IMG/VR virus record: IMGVR_UViG_2974793440_000001
Coordinates: 1-12,821 of that record
Source of the DNA: a virus
Lineage: Duplodnaviria; Heunggongvirae; Uroviricota; Caudoviricetes; Thumleimavirales; Hafunaviridae
Direction: 5' to 3' (one strand)
Length of the DNA stretch: 12,821 nt
Positions 1-6,488 of this stretch are shown here, piece by piece. The number at the start of each line of letters is the position of its first letter. Position 1 is the stretch's first letter. The notes beneath the pieces are model-generated. The model saw only the letters and a list, made by a program, of their open reading frames with translations. It did no database searches and was not told the DNA's origin. The position numbers were made by a program, and so were the translations under genes.

Positions 1-40
1 GCCAAATGCGCCGTTTTCAGGTGGCCCGAGAGTCGGGATA

Positions 41-272
41 ACGGCCCGTATGGACGGTGTGAGACGGCCCAGTACGGCCCGCGCGGGGGGCGAGAGACGG
101 ATATACGGCCCAGTACGACCGGAGCGACCGGAGCGACCGGGACGGGACGGGACGGGACGGGCCACCGGAGCGACACACCGACCGACCGACCGGGTACGCG
201 CCCCGCGCCCGCGTAGGCACAGCGATAACGTACATATCCGGGGGTACAAGCCCGAGCGAGGGGGCGAGGGGG
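41..272 (+). repeat. Low-complexity G/C-rich short-repeat tract
   Basis: ACGGCCC x4 (41, 64, 74, 105); ACGGCCCAGTACG x2 (64-76, 105-117); CCGGAGCGA x3 (119, 128, 165); (GGGAC)4GGG at 139-161; (ACCG)4 at 177-192; (CGAGGGGG)2 at 257-272. No T on the + strand from 115 to 194. Confidence 0.9.
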
Positions 273-366
273 CCACCCGGTTAGAACATTAAGGTGCTTT
301 CCGCAGGCGCATATTTAGTAAGTACCTCTCAGAATTTTCACTTCTGAGGTCAGAAAATCGGGTTTT

Positions 367-906
367 TCAGATGAGTGGTGGGACGTTGGTGACGGCTTGG
401 AGGAGGGTGAAGCCAGCTCCGGCGAGCAGGTGTTCTCCTTTCTCGTGGGAGAACTCATCTGGTTTTTCGTCGAGTGTACGGCCCCCATCTGGACGGGCCT
501 TGCGTGTGTGTTCGGGGAGTTCCAGTTCGGTTTTTTCTGGTGTGATGTTACTCATCGAGTGGGGAGTCACCATCTCGCCTCGCTCGTGCATTTCGAGGTC
601 GCCGTAGACCGCGATTTTTCCGCACGAACAGCAGAACACCTTGTAGTCGCCGTAGTGGAAGGCAACGCCGACGTTGTTACAGCCGTGAACGGTGTCGGCT
701 AAGGGGAGTTTGTCAAGCCAATCCGGGTCGATGCAGTCTTCCAGATGGAGGGGAGTCGTCACGGGGTCTACGTCGAGCAGGTCAGCGAGTTCTTGGATTA
801 CGGAGATTGAGAGTGAACCCGGCCCTCTCGCATCGTGCGCTCCCCGGCTCAGCAAATCATGTTCCTCATCAACCGCAACATGGTGGCTGTGTACCGGGTC
901 AGGCAT
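367..906 (-). CDS. HalOD1-like (halobacterial output domain 1) protein with a C-terminal extension
   Basis: Residues ~30-102 (SLSISVIQELADLLDVDPVTTPLHLEDCIDPDWLDKL...VAFHYGDYKVFCCSCGKIAVY) follow the HalOD1 pattern (S-S-VV-AVA---GVDP---PL---VDPDALD-L...V-F-Y-GY-V-V---G-V-V). A TATA-like element lies 25 nt upstream of the ATG. Confidence 0.72.
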   Translation of the reverse strand: MPDPVHSHHVAVDEEHDLLSRGAHDARGPGSLSISVIQELADLLDVDPVTTPLHLEDCIDPDWLDKLPLADTVHGCNNVGVAFHYGDYKVFCCSCGKIAVYGDLEMHERGEMVTPHSMSNITPEKTELELPEHTRKARPDGGRTLDEKPDEFSHEKGEHLLAGAGFTLLQAVTNVPPLI

Positions 907-930
907 ACTTGTTTAGGAGACAATGTGGGT

Positions 931-942
931 ATTAAGACTTAT
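931..942 (-). promoter_or_regulatory. Archaeal BRE/TATA-like element for a leaderless transcript of the HalOD1-like gene
   Basis: The minus strand reads ATAAGTCTTAAT, ending 25 nt before the ATG at 906. This is typical spacing for haloarchaeal leaderless mRNAs. Confidence 0.6.
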
Positions 943-1263
943 CGCACGCACTTCTTCTTAGAGTGCCATTCAGACGCATAGATTTTCAGGGTCAGATACA
1001 GTCCGATTATCTGCTCTACTCTCTGACAAGTAGTATTTGAACACCCCCCTTCCTATATAAACCCTTTACCATTAATAGGAGTGTAGGAGTGAAGCGACGA
1101 CGAAGACCTCCTATACTGGCTTTCTTCTCTGGATTCTGAGCTGGTGACTCAGATTCTTCTCTCTGGTTCTGTTTTACGTCGGTTTAGCTCGGGTGTTCTA
1201 CTTTTCTAACCCGAGTTTTAGAGAAAACGACTCGATGCGGTGAATCACTTTTAGTATAACACA

Positions 1264-2043
1264 ATGGCTCAGGCAGAGGTGACAGGCTACACGGTGCAGG
1301 AACTCGCGGAACTACGCCACGAGTATCTTTCCACACCGAAGGCCGAGAAGGGGATTCCCTTCGATACCGCCTACTGCCTTACACGAATCGGGAAACAGCC
1401 CGAGGACTACGACGGGCCAACACGATACTGCTCTAACCGCGTGGCACGCCTCGATAATGGCGACCACGCTCACTCGTGCCGATTTCACGGCGCGAACCAG
1501 AACGCGAACGGCAACAACGACAATCTCGAACTACTCGCGGCACTCAAACACGGAATGTACGCTACTGACGAACATCTGAAAGAGGTCTTTGACGAGGACG
1601 ACCAGAAGCTCTACGACTTCATCATGTCGTGGGCGGATGCCTATGGGTGGCCGTCCAAGGAGGAAGACCCCGCTCGATACGACCTGCTCGAACAGGCGGC
1701 GCTCGGGCGCGTTCGCGTAGCCCGCTCGTCCAAATACATCCTCGATGAGGGTGAGATGGACAGGCAGGAAGTGTACGACGAGAACGGAAACCTTCGCGTT
1801 ATTACGGATGCTCACGGTCTGAGCGAAGACCTCCGGCTCAAGCAGAAGCTCATTCTCGACATAATGAAGGAACTTGGGCTGACCCCGAAGGAGGCGTCCA
1901 AGATGAACACGGACGAGAAGACCGCGAGCGCGACGGAACAGCTCGCCGCAGTTGCGGCGGAGGCTGTTCTCGGTGGGGGCGAGGACGGCGAGGAGCCGTC
2001 GTTCGACCCCGACGACGACATATTCGAGGACGAAGATGCCTGA
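1264..2043 (+). CDS. terS: Terminase small subunit (putative)
   Basis: First gene of the packaging operon, upstream of TerL. N-terminal Cys/His motif YC...YC...CRFHG...GN...KHGMYA of the kind seen in TerS/HGGxSTG-type proteins, a helical central part (LRLKQKLILDIMKELGLTP) and an acidic tail. Confidence 0.72.
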   Translation: MAQAEVTGYTVQELAELRHEYLSTPKAEKGIPFDTAYCLTRIGKQPEDYDGPTRYCSNRVARLDNGDHAHSCRFHGANQNANGNNDNLELLAALKHGMYATDEHLKEVFDEDDQKLYDFIMSWADAYGWPSKEEDPARYDLLEQAALGRVRVARSSKYILDEGEMDRQEVYDENGNLRVITDAHGLSEDLRLKQKLILDIMKELGLTPKEASKMNTDEKTASATEQLAAVAAEAVLGGGEDGEEPSFDPDDDIFEDEDA

Positions 2044-2299
2044 ACTAACTCGCTTCTCCCGCGACTACGACCTCGTGCTGGACGCCGAGGTGCATACGTG
2101 GCGTGAGGATGAAGCGCATATGGACGTTGACCTGTACGACGACCTCGCTTTCCGTCTTGGAGAGCCGATAATCGGGATGGTCGGTGGCGTGAACTATCAG
2201 TTCCGTCCGTCAACGCAGGTTCTTCGTGACTCGTGTGCGGTTCCCCGGAGGTTCCGGGGTCGGAGGGTGAGCGGTTCGACCCTTCTGGTGCGGCGGTGA
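2036..2299 (+). CDS. Hypothetical protein, 87 aa from ATG 2036 (possibly frameshifted near 2245)
   Basis: ATG at 2036 overlaps the terS stop. The N-terminal two thirds are acidic and halophile-like. The upstream extension to 1952 in the ORF track lies inside terS and is unlikely. Confidence 0.55.
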   Translation: MPELTRFSRDYDLVLDAEVHTWREDEAHMDVDLYDDLAFRLGEPIIGMVGGVNYQFRPSTQVLRDSCAVPRRFRGRRVSGSTLLVRR

Positions 2300-2306
2300 A
2301 TCAACT

Positions 2307-2438
2307 ATGAATTGCTATAATTGCGGTTATCACGCCCCCGATGGCGGGAATTGCCCCACCTGTGGCGTTCTTCTCGGGGATTTCCGCATCGAGGGGCAGG
2401 TACGACAAGATGGACAAACCAGAAACATCCGAGTATAG
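2307..2438 (+). CDS. Zinc-finger microprotein, 43 aa (CxxC...CPxCG)
   Basis: Manual translation: MNCYNCGYHAPDGGNCPTCGVLLGDFRIEGQVRQDGQTRNIRV*. It has two Cys pairs, CYNC and CPTCG. Below the ORF-track cutoff. Confidence 0.7.
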   Translation: MNCYNCGYHAPDGGNCPTCGVLLGDFRIEGQVRQDGQTRNIRV

Positions 2439-2517
2439 CGTCTCCGAGGACGGCCAGCTCGTCCGAGAGGAGACTGAGGAAGCGAACTTCGAGGAAAATC
2501 TTACTTTCGAGGACTAA
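2410..2517 (+). CDS. Acidic microprotein, 35 aa
   Basis: Manual translation: MDKPETSEYSVSEDGQLVREETEEANFEENLTFED*. Halophile-like composition; fills the gap and ends 2 nt before the next GTG start. Confidence 0.5.
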   Translation: MDKPETSEYSVSEDGQLVREETEEANFEENLTFED

Positions 2518-2519
2518 AC

Positions 2520-2714
2520 GTGACTGAACCCTGCGAAAACTGTGATTGCGGTCTTTCTGAGCCGGATTTCGAGTACGATACGGTCGAATTTGGCCTCTCG
2601 CTCCCCCTCGCGTCGATTCTGGACGGTCATATCCGTGGTTCCACGGAGGTTGACCCCGCTGACGTGGAAAAGGTGGAGATTTGCGGGGATTCGGTCACTC
2701 TGACGGTTCGGTAG
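2520..2714 (+). CDS. Hypothetical protein, 64 aa
   Basis: GTG start right after the preceding stop. Acidic composition and an N-terminal CENCDC motif. Confidence 0.6.
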   Translation: MTEPCENCDCGLSEPDFEYDTVEFGLSLPLASILDGHIRGSTEVDPADVEKVEICGDSVTLTVR

Positions 2715-2750
2715 CCGACTCACACCCCTCGATGCGGCGAATCTCTCTAA

Positions 2751-2957
2751 ATGAATCCCTACGAGCCGGTCAAGCGGTCTAAATCTGAATCCTACCCCCG
2801 AACGAATACTCCTTCGGACGGCGAAGCCGTCGGATTGGAGTTTGGAGACTCTGGTGTGGAGCCACCGAGGTATCTCATCGAGGATTCTCGGAACTGGTAT
2901 GCGTGGATTGAGGCGCTTGACGGCGATTCTTACGTCGATTTAGCCGATATTCGGTAG
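2751..2957 (+). CDS. Hypothetical small haloarchaeal protein, 68 aa
   Basis: Acidic ORF ending 3 nt before the tRNA. The C-terminus (YLIEDSRNWYAWIEALDGDSYVDLADIR) resembles small haloarchaeal proteins ending in AWI...VDL.D.R. Confidence 0.6.
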   Translation: MNPYEPVKRSKSESYPRTNTPSDGEAVGLEFGDSGVEPPRYLIEDSRNWYAWIEALDGDSYVDLADIR

Positions 2958-2960
2958 TTT

Positions 2961-3032
2961 AGGGCCTTAGTGTAGTGGTTATCATCGGGCGTTTGGGACG
3001 CTCGGAGGCCGGTTCGACTCCGGCAGGCCCTA
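2961..3032 (+). tRNA. tRNA-Pro (anticodon TGG), no encoded CCA, no intron
   Basis: Full cloverleaf: acceptor AGGGCCT (2961-2967)/AGGCCCT (3025-3031); D arm GTGT-AGTGGTTA-TCAT; anticodon stem GGGCG/CGCTC with loop TT-TGG-GA (anticodon 2994-2996); 4-nt variable loop; T stem GCCGG/CCGGC with loop TTCGACT; discriminator A3032. Confidence 0.93.
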
Positions 3033-3038
3033 TTTTTT
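3033..3038 (+). terminator. Oligo-T archaeal terminator-like tract after the tRNA
   Basis: TTTTTT directly follows the discriminator base. Confidence 0.55.
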
Positions 3039-3049
3039 AGACCCATTTT

Positions 3050-4741
3050 ATGCAGGAAATAGCTGAAAAGTTCGCCTCTGAGAGCGATGCTGACGTTGAT
3101 GCGTTGCTCGAAAGGTGGAACGGTCGCCCCGACCTCTTGGCTGAGGACATTCTCCGGGCAAAGAATCTGGAAACGGACGAAATTGAGCCGCTGAAGCTCT
3201 TTCGACCGTACCAGCCCCGGATTATGCACGCCTACTTCTACGGCGATGCTAAGATTCTGAACATCTACAAGGGGAGGCGGATTGGCGTTTCCTACGTAAT
3301 TGGAATCTGTATCCTGATTGAGGCGCTTCTCAAGCCGGATACGTTCTACCCCATCCTCTCGAAGACGAAGGGACAGTCGAACTCGCGGATTAGCGACATT
3401 AAGACGCTAATCAAGAACGCGAAAATCAACATTCCGCTGGAAAAGGACAATCAGGACGAGATTGTTCTTCCGAACGGGTCGCGTATCAAGGCGTACACGG
3501 GCGACCCGGACTCCGCTCGTGGTGAAGACCCCCCGAAGACGGTCTTCATTGACGAGATGGCTTTCCTCGAAGACCAGAGCGCCACCCTCGATGCGTACCT
3601 ACCAACCATCAGTCTCGGTTCGAGTCAGATGGTTCAGGTGTCCACGCCGAAGGCCCCGAACGACGAGTTCATGGAGGCGAACGAGCGTGGGACAGCGGAT
3701 GGGCAGAACGACTACGGGATTCTCGCGCTGAAACAGCCGACGTTCAAGAACGCAGACGAAATCGAGACGGACGTTTCGCTATTCGAGCAGGACATTGAAC
3801 CAGTCCGGGGCGACTTCGACTTGATGGCGGCAGAGACTCAGCGAGCCTCCGACCCCAACGGCTTCGCACAAGAGTATCTGTGCCGCCCTGTGAGCGACGA
3901 GTACCGCTTCTTCTCTATGCCTACCATAGAGGTCGCAATGGAGCGGGGGGCCGCTGAGGGGTACTCCTACGGCCTCAGGCGATACGACACTCCCAACACT
4001 CTGGTTATGGGTGTGGACATTGGGTTCAACTCCGACGACACCGCGATTGTGGTGTTCGAGCATGAAGGCCCCCGGCGGTACTGCCGGTACAAGGAGGTCG
4101 TGAACGACCGCGTGCTGTCGCAGGCGGGAATCACTCCATCGAGTCGGCAGAACCCGGCGGCGGTGGCCGAACGTATCTCTCAGGTCTATCACGCGATGGG
4201 CGTCTCGAACGTCGTGATGGACATGACGGGCGTGGGACAGGGGTTCCACGACGAAGTTCGACGGCGAATTGGTCGCGGCTATACGGGGTTCAACTTCTCC
4301 GCGAAGGACAAGGTGGAGAAGATGATGGGCAACATGAATTACGCCCTTCACAACGACCTCGTTTCTCTCCCCGAGGACGACACCCTCCGAGAACAGCTCG
4401 GCTCGATTGTCAAACAGCAGAAGGAGGACTGGCAGAAGCCGAAGTTCACGGGGAAGGAACACGCCCCGGAGGGGAAGGACGACCTCGCTATGGCGACGGT
4501 GCTGGCGGCGTTCCCTCCGAACTTCAAGGCCGACAAGTCGCGGAACCTCCAACAGCGCGAGGACGTGACCCCTTCGGTTCAAGTGGACGAACCGCAGGAA
4601 CGCGACGGATGGGCGGGCCTGAAAATCAGCGGTTCGTCCGGTGGTGGTCGCGGCTACGCACTCTCTCACGGACGCGAAAAGCGCGGATACAAAGCACGAA
4701 ACAGACGCCGTTCGACTGAGCGGCGGCGACGACAGTTCTAA
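3050..4741 (+). CDS. terL: Terminase large subunit
   Basis: Walker A-like KGRRIGVSY, Walker B TVFIDEMAF and coupling motif VSTP. RNase H-like nuclease acidic motifs MGVDIG, VMDMTGVG and KDDLAMA. Located directly upstream of the portal gene. Confidence 0.96.
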   Translation: MQEIAEKFASESDADVDALLERWNGRPDLLAEDILRAKNLETDEIEPLKLFRPYQPRIMHAYFYGDAKILNIYKGRRIGVSYVIGICILIEALLKPDTFYPILSKTKGQSNSRISDIKTLIKNAKINIPLEKDNQDEIVLPNGSRIKAYTGDPDSARGEDPPKTVFIDEMAFLEDQSATLDAYLPTISLGSSQMVQVSTPKAPNDEFMEANERGTADGQNDYGILALKQPTFKNADEIETDVSLFEQDIEPVRGDFDLMAAETQRASDPNGFAQEYLCRPVSDEYRFFSMPTIEVAMERGAAEGYSYGLRRYDTPNTLVMGVDIGFNSDDTAIVVFEHEGPRRYCRYKEVVNDRVLSQAGITPSSRQNPAAVAERISQVYHAMGVSNVVMDMTGVGQGFHDEVRRRIGRGYTGFNFSAKDKVEKMMGNMNYALHNDLVSLPEDDTLREQLGSIVKQQKEDWQKPKFTGKEHAPEGKDDLAMATVLAAFPPNFKADKSRNLQQREDVTPSVQVDEPQERDGWAGLKISGSSGGGRGYALSHGREKRGYKARNRRRSTERRRRQF

Positions 4742-4755
4742 TCTACTCTCTTTAA

Positions 4756-6195
4756 ATGACCGAAGGCAATTTTGTTGACCCTCCAAGTGAGGATGAGCGG
4801 TTGGACTTCGCCGCTGACTCTCCGAAAGGCGCTATCAAAGAGCGCGGGCAGGGGGGTGGCGGTCGGTTCTCCGGCCCTCGTTCTTCCGAGGCCCCCAAGT
4901 CCGAGATTCAGAAGAATCGGGACATAGTTCGTACTGACCCCCACGTTCACGAGGGACTTTACACACTCATCGACTGGCTTTGCGGTGACGGATTCAATCT
5001 CTCTCCGCGAAACGTACCCGGTACGGGCGTGACGCAGACCGAGCAGGATATTGCGCCTATCGCGCTCCTGCTTCACAACTCCGAGTTTTGGCGCGTGTTC
5101 AACCAATGGGTTGAGTACGCGGCTCAGGACGGTCACTCGTTCATGGAGCTGGTCGTACAGGACGAGCGGTTCCTACCGCGCGTCTTGCCGACCGAGCGGA
5201 TGCACAAGAAGACCGACGAGTACGGATTCGTGACGGAGTACGCTCTGGAACCGCCGGGTGGCGGTGGGCCGGACGACGACGAAGCGACTCGGTACAAGCC
5301 TCACGAGGTTGCTGAGCTTTGGTTCACGAAAGACCCCGCCGAGGATTTCGGTCGGTCGTTCGTCGAGCCGATTCAGGAACAAGCGGATATGCTCCGCGAT
5401 ATGGAGTTCGACTACGCCCGGTTCGTTGCGACGAAGGCGTACCCGCCGGTTCTCTGGAAGCTCGGGACTGAGGAGGAGCAATGGTCGGAAGACCAGATTG
5501 GCGGATGGCTGGACACCGTGGAGCAGATTGAGCCGGATTCGATGCTGGCGGCTCCCCACGATGTTGAGTCTGAGGTCGTCGGCGTGACTTCTACTTCATC
5601 GACGGCTGGCGCTATGAAGCTGGAAGGAACGTTCGAGCATCTTCAGAACCGTATCGTCACGGGCCTCGGTATCCCGGCGCTCCTGATGAACATGGGCGGC
5701 TCGACCGGCGAAGCTACCGCCTCGATGCCGTCCTTCAAGCGGCGTATCAAGCGGCTTCAGAACATCATCAAGTCGGCTGTTGAGAATCAGGTTCTCAAGT
5801 CGCTGATGGTTGAATCGTCGCTGGACGAGTTTGACGGTGTTGTTCCCGAATTTGAGTTCGGTGAACACTCGTCGGCTGAGAAGCGCCTTGAGATTGATAA
5901 GCTCATCAAGCTGTATCAGTCCGGGTTCCTTACTCGTGAAGCGTTCGCGGAGAGGGCAGGCATCGACCCCGAGGTTGAACTGCCGTCCCCCGACGAGCTT
6001 TCAAGCGAGATTATTCCTCTGATTACGGAACTCGCCGGGCGTGGCGACAGGGTTCAGAACCCTGATGGTGGGCGTCCGACTGACACCGGGACTGGTGTAG
6101 AGTCGGCGGGCGGGGAGGTCGTGTCCCGAGAGTCGGGGCGCGACAGCTCAAACGAGCGCAATCGACAGTCCATCACGGAGGATGAAAACGCCTGA
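4756..6195 (+). CDS. Portal protein
   Basis: 479 aa, immediately after TerL. Portal-like segments DPHVHEGLYTLIDWLCGDGF, FGRSFVEPIQEQADMLRDME (G-S-+e pattern) and IVTGLGIPALLM. Confidence 0.88.
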   Translation: MTEGNFVDPPSEDERLDFAADSPKGAIKERGQGGGGRFSGPRSSEAPKSEIQKNRDIVRTDPHVHEGLYTLIDWLCGDGFNLSPRNVPGTGVTQTEQDIAPIALLLHNSEFWRVFNQWVEYAAQDGHSFMELVVQDERFLPRVLPTERMHKKTDEYGFVTEYALEPPGGGGPDDDEATRYKPHEVAELWFTKDPAEDFGRSFVEPIQEQADMLRDMEFDYARFVATKAYPPVLWKLGTEEEQWSEDQIGGWLDTVEQIEPDSMLAAPHDVESEVVGVTSTSSTAGAMKLEGTFEHLQNRIVTGLGIPALLMNMGGSTGEATASMPSFKRRIKRLQNIIKSAVENQVLKSLMVESSLDEFDGVVPEFEFGEHSSAEKRLEIDKLIKLYQSGFLTREAFAERAGIDPEVELPSPDELSSEIIPLITELAGRGDRVQNPDGGRPTDTGTGVESAGGEVVSRESGRDSSNERNRQSITEDENA

Positions 6196-6197
6196 CA

Positions 6198-6488
6198 ATG
6201 CCCATTGACGACGACGATGGGGACTCTGACTCTGAGGTAAAACTCCTTAAGAGTATTCTGAGTGAGATACAAGACCTAAACTCACAGCTCGCACGAACGG
6301 ACGAACGTTCTCGGAACAACCGCGCTCAGGTCGAAGACCTGCGTGACAATCGGATTGTTCCGCTTGAAGGTCAAGTTGCGAAGAACGACAATCGGAGCCG
6401 GAGGAACGCGCTGATTATCGGCGGGTTCCTGACGGCGCTGACGCTTCTCGTGGGTGCGGGAGCTTCGTATCTCTTTACTATTCTATGA
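6198..6488 (+). CDS. Small coiled-coil protein with a C-terminal transmembrane helix
   Basis: Heptad-like central region followed by the hydrophobic stretch ALIIGGFLTALTLLVGAGASYLFTIL, preceded by basic RSRR. The stop overlaps the next ATG (ATGA). Confidence 0.78.
   Translation: MPIDDDDGDSDSEVKLLKSILSEIQDLNSQLARTDERSRNNRAQVEDLRDNRIVPLEGQVAKNDNRSRRNALIIGGFLTALTLLVGAGASYLFTIL

Noticed and set aside
119-192. Short repeats considered as a CRISPR mini-array or DGR element
   Set aside because: Units are only 4-13 nt, mostly tandem, with no unique spacers of regular length. No cas or reverse transcriptase gene is in the window.
17-292. ORFs 17..235 (-) and 50..292 (+) across the repeat tract
   Set aside because: The translations are Arg/Pro/Gly low-complexity products of the DNA repeats and are unlike the acidic proteome.
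2321-2527. 68-aa Arg-rich plus-strand ORF in the track
   Set aside because: The same DNA is better explained by two shorter ORFs in the other frames (zinc-finger 2307-2438 and acidic 2410-2517).
2961-3032. tRNA as an att site or provirus boundary
   Set aside because: Viral packaging genes lie on both sides, no duplicate of the tRNA 3' end is present in the window, and no integrase is visible.
2930-3229. 99-aa minus-strand ORF spanning the tRNA and terL start
   Set aside because: Overlaps a well-formed tRNA and terL on the opposite strand; non-halophilic composition.
3050-4741. Possible intein in terL
   Set aside because: Motif spacing and length are ordinary, and no C/S...HN-C/S/T splice junctions or homing endonuclease motifs are seen.
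3779-4786. 335-aa minus-strand ORF opposite terL
   Set aside because: Antisense shadow of a GC3-biased gene. It is Arg/Val/Leu-rich, not acidic, has no motifs and almost fully overlaps a well-supported gene.
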